Below, in pieces: positions 50,308 through 60,044 of a stretch of DNA of 64,000 nucleotides. Source of the stretch: Nitrososphaerota archaeon (GTDB lineage Archaea; Thermoproteota; Nitrososphaeria_A; Caldarchaeales; Calditenuaceae); NCBI GenBank assembly GCA_038845265.1, contig JAWBQR010000002.1, positions 32,001-96,000 of the forward strand, in the 5' to 3' direction. The translations under genes and the position numbers were made by a program. The first letter of the stretch is position 1. Each line of letters opens with the position of its first letter. The notes beneath the pieces were generated by a model, which saw nothing but the letters and a program-made list of their open reading frames with translations, had not been told where the DNA came from and did no database searches.

Positions 50308-50841
50308 ATGAAGTCTACTTACTCTTTAAAGACGAGGATCATTATAGCGCTGATCTGTACAGTGGCTTTATACGCCGTGTTCGTAGCAGGCTCCTTAACC
50401 CCGGTTGAGCCCGATAAGGCACAGGAAATGGTAGAGGAGTTCAGAGACCTTGTTGCCGGAATAAACTCTGCCTTCGATATTTTCTTGAATAATTTTGTAA
50501 TATCATTGATCATGATTGTTCCAGCTCTGGGTGTCATTATTGGGGGATGGATAGTTTATAATACAGGATTAATAATCTCTTCCTTCGCTAGCCTAGAAGG
50601 AATTAGCGTAGTTCTATTCTTGATGCTGCCAATCATAACTATCTATGGAGTATTGGAGTTCGTTGGTTACGGGACAATGATGTCGGAAGGAATCTTGCTA
50701 ATGTATGCTATCCGTAAGAAAAGCATAAAATCTGAACTAAAAATTTTACCGGTAGTAATAGCTATTGGCGCAGGATTTATAGGATTAGGAGCATTAATAG
50801 AATTTTCTCTTTTAACCCTTACGCAAACAATTAGCATTTAG
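50308..50841 (+). CDS. SpoIIM-family membrane protein
   Basis: IF.NN, NTG, G.LE and A.IE motifs within hydrophobic helices. Confidence 0.7.
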   Translation: MKSTYSLKTRIIIALICTVALYAVFVAGSLTPVEPDKAQEMVEEFRDLVAGINSAFDIFLNNFVISLIMIVPALGVIIGGWIVYNTGLIISSFASLEGISVVLFLMLPIITIYGVLEFVGYGTMMSEGILLMYAIRKKSIKSELKILPVVIAIGAGFIGLGALIEFSLLTLTQTISI

Positions 50842-50931
50842 CAGAATTTTTAATTTATTTTTTTATTAATTTTGAAAAAATGAGATATAAGATTTATATA
50901 TAACTAAAATTAAGTATAATTAGTGAATTAG

Positions 50932-51264
50932 ATGGCAAGAATGCCTAAAGGCTATTCAGAGCCACTAATCTTAAAGTCTCTTCTAAATGCAGCCTTAACG
51001 GTTTCACAGATAGAACGAAAAACTAGAATTAAGAAACCAACAATATATCTTTCAGTAAATAGATTAAGACGAAAAGGATTAGTAAAGTCTGGGAGAGAAA
51101 AAAGAAACAAGAAATGGATGTTAACACAAAAAGGAAGAATTGTGGCTAAAAATCGGATTGAAGGTGAACGAATAATTAAGAGAATCATCAATTCGCTTCG
51201 TAAATGCATATCGCTGGGGATTAGTATAAGAGAAGTAGAAAGAATGGTGTTGTCTAAGAGGTAA
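50932..51264 (+). CDS. Winged-helix DNA-binding protein
   Basis: T.SQI...T....TIY..V.RL..KGLV and W.LT.KG; TTTATATA upstream. Confidence 0.7.
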   Translation: MARMPKGYSEPLILKSLLNAALTVSQIERKTRIKKPTIYLSVNRLRRKGLVKSGREKRNKKWMLTQKGRIVAKNRIEGERIIKRIINSLRKCISLGISIREVERMVLSKR

Positions 51265-51976
51265 AAAGATAAACTAAATGAGAAAAGATATCACCTAATA
51301 TTAGATCGATGATAAACCCGGCGGTAATAAAAACGACTAGGGGAATGGAGGGTGTTGCCCATTCTCCGCTTGATAGTGGAGCCCAGAAACTCTCAAATGA
51401 TGGTGAGAAGTTAAATTTTCGTCTCCCATCTTTTGTTTGTATCTCCATGGGTCCCCAAAACTTGTGCCTGTCGGGATTCTTTATCTTTGTTCCTAAAAAC
51501 AATGCAATGGCTTTTCGTACAGGATGATCATCAATATTCTCAAAGAGATTCTCTTTTTTTATTAATAATTTATAGAGATTTAAAGGAAGCATGACTAGTG
51601 GGATCGAGAGTGAAGATATGAGTCCATTAAGTAGTGTAGAGATGGGTAAGAATGGATGAATTCTGACACCATTATGCATGAGAGGCAACACAAGTGAAAT
51701 GGTTATCAGTGCTTTTGCATCAGCTCCTCCATAGAATCCTGCCTTATAAAACCCAATTCCTAGAACAATAGTAAGAGCTATCGATACTATAACTAAAATA
51801 ATGTTATGTGCCTCTTGGATAATTAATTGGTCATACAGCATTATTGGAAATCCAATAACTACCGAGGCAATCCATACCCAATCATCTATCTCGCGTTTTT
51901 TCAAATCAAGATAAGAAGCATACAGTAACGCTAAGAGAACAATTATTACATTAACTAAGAAGGGTGTTGTCTGCAT
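51254..51976 (-). CDS. A24 prepilin/prearchaellin peptidase (FlaK/PibD-like)
   Basis: AS..DL..REI.D, GGADAK, W.TP.IP. Confidence 0.88.
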   Translation of the reverse strand: MQTTPFLVNVIIVLLALLYASYLDLKKREIDDWVWIASVVIGFPIMLYDQLIIQEAHNIILVIVSIALTIVLGIGFYKAGFYGGADAKALITISLVLPLMHNGVRIHPFLPISTLLNGLISSLSIPLVMLPLNLYKLLIKKENLFENIDDHPVRKAIALFLGTKIKNPDRHKFWGPMEIQTKDGRRKFNFSPSFESFWAPLSSGEWATPSIPLVVFITAGFIIDLILGDIFSHLVYLFTS

Positions 51977-52012
51977 AATAATTTTAAAAAAACACCTGTT
52001 AATTAGGCTAGT

Positions 52013-53293
52013 TTAGGGCCAGACTCCAAGCGTCTTAAGAGCGAGTCCAACTCTATCTACGGCGAGACATAGTGCCGCATAACGCATATCGACTTCAAAT
52101 CGCTTAGTATATGAAAGCGTATCCTTGAAAGCAGCTACTAATTTATTCTCGAGTTTAGTCAATACTTCATCTTTGCTCCACTTCTCTCTCTTCAAGTTCT
52201 GCACCCACTCAAAGTAGCTCGTAGTTACGCCACCAGCATTAGCCAATACGTCAGGAACAATGAAGACCTCCTTTTCTCTGAGGATTCTATCTGCCTCTGG
52301 AGTAGTTGGGCCATTAGCTCCTTCAGATATAATTTTCGCATTTATCGATTCTGCATTATCCTTATTGATCGCTCTCTCAAGAGCGGCAGGAATAAGAATA
52401 TCAACTTTGAGTGCTAGTAGTTCTTCATTTGTTATGGTCTTAGATCCTGGGAAGCCCACTACGCTTCCGGTCTTCTTTTTGTGTTCTAGGAGCGCTGGGA
52501 CGTTTATGCCGTCAGGCTTATAGATTCCTCCCTTAGAATCACTCGCAGCAACTATTTTTGCTCCCCACTCAGCTAGGTATTTCGCAGCATAGTAGCCCAC
52601 GTTTCCATAACCCTGAATAGCGACTGTGAGGTTGGACATGTTTAATCCGAGGTGCTTGACTGCCTCCCTAGCGCCTAGCGCTGTTCCGAACCCAGTGGCT
52701 TCTTCTCTACCCTCGCTTCCCCCCAGGTATACAGGCTTTCCTGTCACAACTTCAGGCGTTAGGTATCCTCTAATCTGGCTATACGTATCCATTATCCAAG
52801 CCATCGTCTGCGCATCGGTGTAGACGTCTGGTGCGGGGATATCAACATATGGACCTATAATATCATAAATCATGTATGTATATCTACGTGTCAGTCGTTC
52901 GAGTTCATTTTTTGAGAGGACCTTAGGGTTGCATGCTACGCCGCCTTTAGCTCCTCCATATGGAAGATCAACGACAGCGCATTTATAGGTCATCAGCATG
53001 GCCAATGCTACGACCTCGTCTAGATCGACGTTTGGGTGATATCTGATTCCACCCTTATATGGTCCCCGAGCATTGTTGTGCTGAACCCTATATCCTACGA
53101 AGACCTTAACATCTCCGTTATCCATCTTAATAGGAATCGAGACTGTTAATGTTCTCTTAGGCACCCTGAGAACTTCATATACATCGTCTCCAACGTTAGT
53201 TATCTCGACTGCCTCTTTTACTTGCCTCAGAACCATGTCAAGGAAGGCAGCTCCTCCCTTAGACTCGCTCGCAACAGAAGATGTTTGGGACAT
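52013..53293 (-). CDS. gdhA: Glutamate dehydrogenase
   Basis: RGPYKGGIR, LPYGGAKGG, DIPAPD, TGKP...GGS.GR..ATG, QG.GNVG, EGANGP, SYFEW. Confidence 0.95.
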   Translation of the reverse strand: MSQTSSVASESKGGAAFLDMVLRQVKEAVEITNVGDDVYEVLRVPKRTLTVSIPIKMDNGDVKVFVGYRVQHNNARGPYKGGIRYHPNVDLDEVVALAMLMTYKCAVVDLPYGGAKGGVACNPKVLSKNELERLTRRYTYMIYDIIGPYVDIPAPDVYTDAQTMAWIMDTYSQIRGYLTPEVVTGKPVYLGGSEGREEATGFGTALGAREAVKHLGLNMSNLTVAIQGYGNVGYYAAKYLAEWGAKIVAASDSKGGIYKPDGINVPALLEHKKKTGSVVGFPGSKTITNEELLALKVDILIPAALERAINKDNAESINAKIISEGANGPTTPEADRILREKEVFIVPDVLANAGGVTTSYFEWVQNLKREKWSKDEVLTKLENKLVAAFKDTLSYTKRFEVDMRYAALCLAVDRVGLALKTLGVWP

Positions 53294-53488
53294 ATCTGAG
53301 CAATCACTAAATATTTAAACAACAATATAAAGGATATCTTGCCAGAAAAAAGGTAATTTGAATGACCGTAGTATTACGGGCGGTTAGAAAAAAAGTATAC
53401 AATTAAATTTAAATTTACACAAATATTTATTGCGTTCATGAAAGATATTTAGATAAGATGAGATAAGCTCTGAGTAGCAATTAGCCCG

Positions 53489-54100
53489 GTGGAGCATTTG
53501 GGCAGAGAAGTCGAGTTTGAGGGAAACAAATTCCTCGTACTTACTTGGGAAGACATCATGAGCCATGTGGAGAGCCTCGCAGAAAAAATAAAGGAAAGTT
53601 ACGCCTTCGACGCCATAATAGGCATACTTAGGGGTGGATTATTCGTGGCTAACTTGCTCTCTGACATACTAGGCATAGATGAGGTCCACCCACTCGGAAT
53701 AAGAAGCTATACAGACATAGAACACAGAGGAGAAGTAAAAATCTATCACTGGCCCAGTCTCCCACTAATGACAGGTAAAAAGTTACTTATCGTTGATGAT
53801 GTCTCAGATGAGGGCAAAACGCTTAGAGCTGCAGTTGAGAAGGTCGTTAAGCCTCTTGGAGCATTGACGATTAAGACAGCAGTACTCCACGTTAAGCCTT
53901 GGACTAGCTTCATGCCAGATTACCACGTAGTAACAACGTCTTGCTGGATACTATATCCCTGGAGTAGATATGAAAGCGTTAGACATCTTGGCAAAAGATT
54001 AGTAAATAAAATGGGTATTGATGGAGCTTCACGGGCGTTATCAACACTACTTAGCCTTGACTATGAAAGGGTAATTAACACCCTTAAAGAATCTTCTTAA
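53489..54100 (+). CDS. Purine phosphoribosyltransferase (archaeal HGXPRT-like)
   Basis: I.RGG, LIVDDVSD.GKTL, WI.YPW. Confidence 0.85.
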   Translation: MEHLGREVEFEGNKFLVLTWEDIMSHVESLAEKIKESYAFDAIIGILRGGLFVANLLSDILGIDEVHPLGIRSYTDIEHRGEVKIYHWPSLPLMTGKKLLIVDDVSDEGKTLRAAVEKVVKPLGALTIKTAVLHVKPWTSFMPDYHVVTTSCWILYPWSRYESVRHLGKRLVNKMGIDGASRALSTLLSLDYERVINTLKESS

Positions 54101-54162
54101 AACTCAAATCCGCAATACAATATCATGTTAATATCAAGCCGAGGAATTACTATGAAAAGAGG

Positions 54163-55461
54163 ATGCCAAGAATCTATATTGAGAGCTATGGATGCTCGGC
54201 GAATCTTCAGGATTCACAGATAATGATGGGTCTCTTGCTAAAGGCAGGATATGAATTAGCATCAACTCCTATTGATGCAGATGCCTTAATAATCAATACA
54301 TGCATTGTGAAGACACCAACAGAGCATAGAATGATTCATAGGATTAGACAACTTAGCAGCACTCACAAACCTCTCATAGTTGCGGGATGTATGACTAAGA
54401 CAGAGCCAGAAGTCGTCAGAAGAATAAATCCAACAGCAAGCCTAATTGGCCCAAACTCGATTGATCAAGTAGTAGATGTCGTGAATCAGGCAATCAGAGG
54501 AATAACAGTTGAAGCTCTCATGGATTCATTAACAGAAAAATCTGGGTTACCTCACGTTAGGCTTAACCCAGTCATAGACATAGTCGAGATAAGCTCTGGC
54601 TGTCTACTGAATTGTTCTTTCTGTCAAACAAAACTAGCTAGAGGAAATCTTCGGAGCTACAGGCCAGAATCAATAAGGAAACAGATAGAGACAGCTGTGA
54701 GGGATGGATGTCGAGAGATTTGGCTCACTTCTCAGGACAACTCCGCATATGGGCTAGATATAGGAACAAATATTGCAGAGCTTTTATCAGATATATGCAA
54801 AAATATTGATGGAGATTTTTTAATCAGGGTCGGAATGATGAATCCCTTACACCTTATAAAAGGGCTACTTAGAGAACTGATAAATGCGTATAATGATCGA
54901 CGCATATTTAAGTTTCTACATCTATGCATACAGAGCGGAAGTGACAAGGTTCTAAGGGATATGAGGAGGGGGTATACAGTGAGTAATTTTTATGAATGCG
55001 TAAAGATGTTTAGAGAAACATACCCAGACCTAACATTAATGACTGACATAATAGTTGGGTATCCGACTGAGGACGAGCAAGACTTCGAGGCATCCATAAA
55101 GCTGTTAACAGAGGTAAAGCCAGACTTCGTTAACATATCAAGATTCTATCCACGTCCAGGAACTCCTGCTGCTAAGCTTAAGCCTCTGCCAGTTAAAACT
55201 CTCAATGAGAGAAGCAAGTTACTTACAGAATTATGCAGGGAAATAGCCCTCAAGAAGAATGAGAAGTGGATAGGATGGGAGGGACCGGCGCTAATAGATG
55301 AATTAGGAGAACATGGCGAACTAATCGGGAGGAACATTAATTACCGTCCAATAGTCATTAACAATGCGGAAAAATCATTACTTGGCAGGCTCGTCAACGT
55401 CCACGTTACCGAAGCCAGACCATACTGTCTATTAGGAAAGATTAAATCAATTATCAATTAA
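54163..55461 (+). CDS. tRNA t6A37 methylthiotransferase (archaeal/eukaryotic MtaB type)
   Basis: YGC..N..D, NTC.VK, VAGC, GC...CSFC.TK.ARG, RVGMMNP, TRAM domain. Confidence 0.88.
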   Translation: MPRIYIESYGCSANLQDSQIMMGLLLKAGYELASTPIDADALIINTCIVKTPTEHRMIHRIRQLSSTHKPLIVAGCMTKTEPEVVRRINPTASLIGPNSIDQVVDVVNQAIRGITVEALMDSLTEKSGLPHVRLNPVIDIVEISSGCLLNCSFCQTKLARGNLRSYRPESIRKQIETAVRDGCREIWLTSQDNSAYGLDIGTNIAELLSDICKNIDGDFLIRVGMMNPLHLIKGLLRELINAYNDRRIFKFLHLCIQSGSDKVLRDMRRGYTVSNFYECVKMFRETYPDLTLMTDIIVGYPTEDEQDFEASIKLLTEVKPDFVNISRFYPRPGTPAAKLKPLPVKTLNERSKLLTELCREIALKKNEKWIGWEGPALIDELGEHGELIGRNINYRPIVINNAEKSLLGRLVNVHVTEARPYCLLGKIKSIIN

Positions 55462-55954
55462 TATAAGTAACACTATCAGAATCAAATTCCTTAACAATCT
55501 CGAAGTTATTGTCCAGCTCCGTGGAGTTAATAGTCGCTATCTCTGGAAAGGCTTTGAGTATATCTTCGTTTGCGACATAATATGCGGGATGATTAGTTCC
55601 TAAAATTTCCCTCGTTAGGCTTTTGACTATTATCCTGACAGTTCTTTCTTCTAAAAATCCTAAAGTGTGAAGATATTCATGCAGCAACACCGTGAATATG
55701 TATCCATTTATTTCTCTCTTCGATCTATTAAGACTTTGAAGCGCTCTTAATACTCGTCTATTAAGAACAATACTATTGGAACCCACCTCATGATATGCAA
55801 GTATGAATGACGGTATTTCGCCCAGTATAAGCATAAGACCAGCGCGTCTCAGGCCTAGTTTTGTCTCAACAACTCGTTTAACGAGTCTGAATAGTTCATC
55901 AAATCCATCAGCCTCGTCAAGCTTCTTCACAAAATCAGGAATATTCATGTTCAT
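55454..55954 (-). CDS. Hypothetical protein with HExxH zinc motif
   Basis: LLHEYLH.LG. Confidence 0.65.
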   Translation of the reverse strand: MNMNIPDFVKKLDEADGFDELFRLVKRVVETKLGLRRAGLMLILGEIPSFILAYHEVGSNSIVLNRRVLRALQSLNRSKREINGYIFTVLLHEYLHTLGFLEERTVRIIVKSLTREILGTNHPAYYVANEDILKAFPEIATINSTELDNNFEIVKEFDSDSVTYIN

Positions 55955-56050
55955 GATCTAATATGCTCATTGAGTATAAAAACTAGAATCAAATAACCAA
56001 TTAGTAGTAGTTACGGGCTCAGAGAATATATATTAGAGATTCATACATTT

Positions 56051-56365
56051 TTGGAAGGGACGGGTAGGAACCCTGAAGGTGATAATAGGTTGTCAGCAAG
56101 TGGTTGGGAGCAAAAAAGACAGCAGATCGTCCAGATACTTGAAACAATATCGAATGATACGAGTACTCCGAGAAACGTTAGGAGAGTGGCCAAATCTGCA
56201 GCAGATGAGCTCTTTAATGAGAAGTATTCACCCCCCGTTCGAGCAGCTAATGCGATAGAAATGATAGAGGAAATCATTTCTGATACTAACATTCCGACGT
56301 TTACACGGACTCAACTGTGGCTGGCTATCTCTCTACTAGAAACCATTAAGTCTGGACAAGTATGA
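56051..56365 (+). CDS. UPF0147-family protein
   Basis: D...PRNVRR.A, RAA.AI...EI..D.N.P...RT..W. Confidence 0.85.
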   Translation: MEGTGRNPEGDNRLSASGWEQKRQQIVQILETISNDTSTPRNVRRVAKSAADELFNEKYSPPVRAANAIEMIEEIISDTNIPTFTRTQLWLAISLLETIKSGQV

Positions 56366-56443
56366 AAAAGGCGCAACTTGAGAGAAATGGTAAGACCGGA
56401 CATGCACCCATTATTGTGAATTATCTATATCAAAATTTGATTT

Positions 56444-57214
56444 CTACGTGGCTTTTTCTTCACTTGTCCTTGTCTCCTTCTCATATTCCTCAATAAATAC
56501 GACTCTATCGACGCCGGGTATGAGTTCCATTATCTCGCGTGAAACGACTTGCTTAACCATCTGGAGCCCTGATAATAGGTGCAGTTCCTTCGAGAGTTTT
56601 ATCGTGACTGTTGGTTTTTCAAGCGTTATGAAGGTATTCTCCCTACTACTTTCGGGTATCCTTGAATGGAGAAGAGAATAGATCTTCTCTAACTCATCAG
56701 TAATTATCTTCCTTATCCATACATCGCATAGTAGTGTTTTACCAGCTAAGTAATGATTAAAATCTACCTGCACCCTGCCAGACCCTATGCTTCTTATGTA
56801 TCCTTCCCGACCATTTATGATGACCTTTGAACCTACGCCAATTGGTTGGTCAAGATCTTTGAACTTTCTTAGAGGTATCACTTTTACCTTGGAGGGATCG
56901 CGCTCACCAAACGCCTTTTCAGGAGGTATCTCAAAAGACTTGTATCCACCGACAGGCATACCTACTAACTCATCCTCAATGGCTTTCAGTATGAATCCTC
57001 TGCCCACTATGGATAATTTTGGCTCATAGATCCTTGCAGTATCGGTTACTCCGGCCTTTTTTGCTTCTTCCTCCAATGATGTATCCACAAGCTCGCCCGA
57101 CTCTTTGGTTTTGATTACATAGTCAATAAGGACGAAGCTACCTGAACTGACCGTTTCGGCCGCGGTCTTTTCAGAACTATTTTTTCCCTCTTCTCTCCCC
57201 TCTTCTGCAACCAT
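56444..57214 (-). CDS. Long FKBP-type peptidyl-prolyl isomerase (SlyD-like)
   Basis: G...DTS, PEKAFGERD, VDFNH.LAGK.L. Confidence 0.9.
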   Translation of the reverse strand: MVAEEGREEGKNSSEKTAAETVSSGSFVLIDYVIKTKESGELVDTSLEEEAKKAGVTDTARIYEPKLSIVGRGFILKAIEDELVGMPVGGYKSFEIPPEKAFGERDPSKVKVIPLRKFKDLDQPIGVGSKVIINGREGYIRSIGSGRVQVDFNHYLAGKTLLCDVWIRKIITDELEKIYSLLHSRIPESSRENTFITLEKPTVTIKLSKELHLLSGLQMVKQVVSREIMELIPGVDRVVFIEEYEKETRTSEEKAT

Positions 57215-57392
57215 GAGTATTGAACTGATAATCGATGCTTTAAATATTAATTGGCAAGCTTAGGACCAATACATAACATCAAATCCGCTGCGAAGCCTTT
57301 ATCCTTATCGAGACGAGATAGCTCTTAGCAGCTCAAAAAAATACTAACGTGGATAAAAATTTATTACTCAAATATGGCGGTAAAGAAGATAG

Positions 57393-57500
57393 AGCCCGGT
57401 CGTCTAGCGGTCAATCCTGGCCAGAAAGGGACTATGGATGCGGGGCTTTGGATCTCTGAGAAGAGACCCCGTGACGCCGGTTCGAATCCGGCCCGGGCTA
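57393..57500 (+). tRNA. tRNA-Gln(TTG) with two introns (57415-57435 in the D-arm; 57452-57465 at 37/38)
   Basis: AGCCCGG/CCGGGCT acceptor stem; CGGGG-CTTTGG^A-CCCCG anticodon arm; both inserts have bulge-helix-bulge ends. Confidence 0.88.
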
Positions 57501-57950
57501 CACCTCATCTTTATCCATATTTTCAAGAAAGGACAGAGCTTCTCTGACATGCATCTCAGGTCGTCTGTCCTTGATAATCTTCCTTATTTTCCCATGCTCA
57601 TCTATTATAAAGGTCATCCTCTTAGACATTCCTAAAAAATCTAGGGCATCATAAGACCTAGAGACTTCTCCATCAACATCGCTAAGAAGAATATGACTCA
57701 ATCTATGCTTTTCAGCAAAGCGTTTATGACTCTCTAAACTATCTCTGCTTATTCCAACTACTAATGCTCCATGTCTCTCAAAATTTGGCAATGTATCTCT
57801 TATCAAACAGTTCTCGGCTGTACATCCAGGGGTTCCATCTTTCGGATAAAAGAAAATTACTATTCTACGTCCAAGAAAATTTGAGAGACGGAATGTCCCA
57901 TTAATTGCTGGTAGCTCAAAGTCGGGAGCAGCATCTCCTTCTTTTGCCAT
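57498..57950 (-). CDS. bcp: Peroxiredoxin, BCP/PrxQ type
   Basis: MAKEGDAAPDF, FYPKDGTPGCT.E.C, R.TFIID; real start ATG 57950 (the longer ORF overlaps the next gene). Confidence 0.9.
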   Translation of the reverse strand: MAKEGDAAPDFELPAINGTFRLSNFLGRRIVIFFYPKDGTPGCTAENCLIRDTLPNFERHGALVVGISRDSLESHKRFAEKHRLSHILLSDVDGEVSRSYDALDFLGMSKRMTFIIDEHGKIRKIIKDRRPEMHVREALSFLENMDKDEV

Positions 57951-58041
57951 ATTAGTAAATGAGTCTTCGTCTTTAATTAAAGTTTCTGAACTACAATATA
58001 AAATTTTAAAAATATTTATAAAAGTTGAGGAGAATAATTTT

Positions 58042-59043
58042 GTGATGAAAAAAGTAGGTTTTGCCGTAATAGGTCTTGGATGGTTCGGTGAGAAGCATGT
58101 ACATGTTTTGTCAGAACTTCCGGGCGTAGAGCTGGTTGCGGTATGCTCTCGAACCGAAGCTAGGGCAAAGGAAGTTGCATCAAAATATGGAGCAAAAAAA
58201 TGGTACACTAACTGGGAGAAGACTGTGAGGGATCCTGAGGTAGAGGCGGTTAGCGTAGTAACTCATGTTCCAGAGCATAGGGATCCTGTAATACTTGCAG
58301 CTGAGGCTGGAAAACACATCTTAGTGGAGAAACCAATTGCTGGTAGCTTAAAGGAGGCAGATGAAATGATTGCTGCAACCGAGAAGAACAAGGTCCACTT
58401 CATGGTTGGACATATACTCCGGTTTGAAAGTCGATATGCTCAGGCTAAACAAATTATAGAACGTGGAGATATTGGAAAAATAGTCTCGATATATGCTAGG
58501 AGAAATATTCCTGGAGGATTTGCCGCCCCCCACCTCAGATATGGCTCTCCAATACTCTTAGACGCAATACATGACACTGACATAATTCTTTGGTACCTTA
58601 AAGACAATGTTAAGAGCGTCTACGCGACATGGCTCAATGTTCGAGGCTCACCCAATCCTGAGATCACTTGGACTATTTACAACTTTTCTAAAGGCACAAA
58701 GGGTGTATGCGAGAGTTTGTGGTTCCTACCTGATAATACTGCTTTTGCAATAGACGCTAAAATGGAGGTACTTGGAACTGAAGGTGCGGTATACATAGAT
58801 TGTGGAGACTCCGGGCTAGAGGTCAATGACAAAAAAGGTGTGAAAAGACACGATACAATGCACTGGCCAATGATTCACGGCGAGATTGCGGGTGCCTTGA
58901 AAGATGAGATTAGTTATTTCGTAAAATGTGTTATGAATGACCGGAAACCCAGTATTGTCACACCTATGGAGGCTCGTCACGCATTAGAAGTTGTATTGGC
59001 TGCTGAGGAATCCGCTAAGACAGGTAAAATTATAACTTTATAG
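58042..59043 (+). CDS. Gfo/Idh/MocA oxidoreductase
   Basis: G.GWFG, GKHILVEKP, GH..RF, D.IHD.D. Confidence 0.9.
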   Translation: MMKKVGFAVIGLGWFGEKHVHVLSELPGVELVAVCSRTEARAKEVASKYGAKKWYTNWEKTVRDPEVEAVSVVTHVPEHRDPVILAAEAGKHILVEKPIAGSLKEADEMIAATEKNKVHFMVGHILRFESRYAQAKQIIERGDIGKIVSIYARRNIPGGFAAPHLRYGSPILLDAIHDTDIILWYLKDNVKSVYATWLNVRGSPNPEITWTIYNFSKGTKGVCESLWFLPDNTAFAIDAKMEVLGTEGAVYIDCGDSGLEVNDKKGVKRHDTMHWPMIHGEIAGALKDEISYFVKCVMNDRKPSIVTPMEARHALEVVLAAEESAKTGKIITL

Positions 59044-59067
59044 AAACTCTAGCTAATTTTTATTTAT

Positions 59068-59922
59068 TTAATAAATTAATTGACGCAACTTATCAATGGT
59101 ATTCTTAACATGTGTCAGTACATCTTTGTCATAGAATATTTCTGGTAGTAGGTATCCATTCCATCCTATTTTTCTCAATTTTTTAATAACACTTTCGTAG
59201 TCTATCGTGCCCATGCTAATTGGTAGATGGTTAGGATAGGTTCCGTCATTGTCTGTTGCATGAATACAGTCACAAAGCCTACCTTGAAGTTCATCAATAT
59301 ATATTTCAGGTGATAAATAGACATTGGCGTTTGCTATATCTAGATATGCCTTAACATTTTCAGAGGCCACTTCATCAACAACTAACCGCATCTCGCCAGG
59401 TAGGTTTATGAAGTTACTTACAACTGTATTTTCAATTCCCAATACAACTCCCAAATCCTCAGCATGTTTTGCGCACTCTTTTAGACTCTTAATAAGACTA
59501 GACCAATGTTGACGATAAGAATTGTTTGATTTCATGAAGTTTGGTTCGTCAACTTTTCCAGGTACTACAACAACTACTGATGCTTCTAGCTCTGAGGCTA
59601 AAGTAATATTTGATTTATACCACTTCACTGCTTTACTTCTCAATAATTCAGTTGGAGATGCCAGATTGTATTCAAACTCGAAGGTTTGCCAATCTCTAGA
59701 TATAAAAGGTATGGGACATGTTGATACTGCTTTAACTCCATATGAATCGAGCTTCGACAATATTTCTGATATATCGCTATTACTTATGTTTTCAGGCCAA
59801 AAATGATTTCTATCAATCCATAATTCTATATATTTAACTCCTAATTCATGTGCTAATTTCAAACAATGATCAAGATCATATCCGACCCTTACAAGTGTAC
59901 CCATTTGAAGTGCAACATCCAT
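59068..59922 (-). CDS. Sugar phosphate isomerase/epimerase (xylose-isomerase-like TIM barrel)
   Basis: EN, LD, H.TD, HLP..G.ID and GY...E metal-ligand pattern. Confidence 0.85.
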   Translation of the reverse strand: MDVALQMGTLVRVGYDLDHCLKLAHELGVKYIELWIDRNHFWPENISNSDISEILSKLDSYGVKAVSTCPIPFISRDWQTFEFEYNLASPTELLRSKAVKWYKSNITLASELEASVVVVVPGKVDEPNFMKSNNSYRQHWSSLIKSLKECAKHAEDLGVVLGIENTVVSNFINLPGEMRLVVDEVASENVKAYLDIANANVYLSPEIYIDELQGRLCDCIHATDNDGTYPNHLPISMGTIDYESVIKKLRKIGWNGYLLPEIFYDKDVLTHVKNTIDKLRQLIY

Positions 59923-60044
59923 TATTCTTCACGTAACAAAACAATAGTAAATGCTAAGATAAAATCTTTCCTAAGCAATTAAAATTTTATTTTAGATTTA
60001 TATATGAGTTTCATAAAAACAACTATGAAAAAGGTCAGGAATAT

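Noticed and set aside
57285-57340. GCTGC...GCAGC hairpin as a possible H/ACA or other ncRNA
   Set aside because: No ACA box or clear K-turn found; evidence too weak.
57951-58208. N-terminal extension of the 236-aa peroxiredoxin ORF
   Set aside because: Antisense overlap with the Gfo/Idh/MocA gene; BCP homology starts at 57950.
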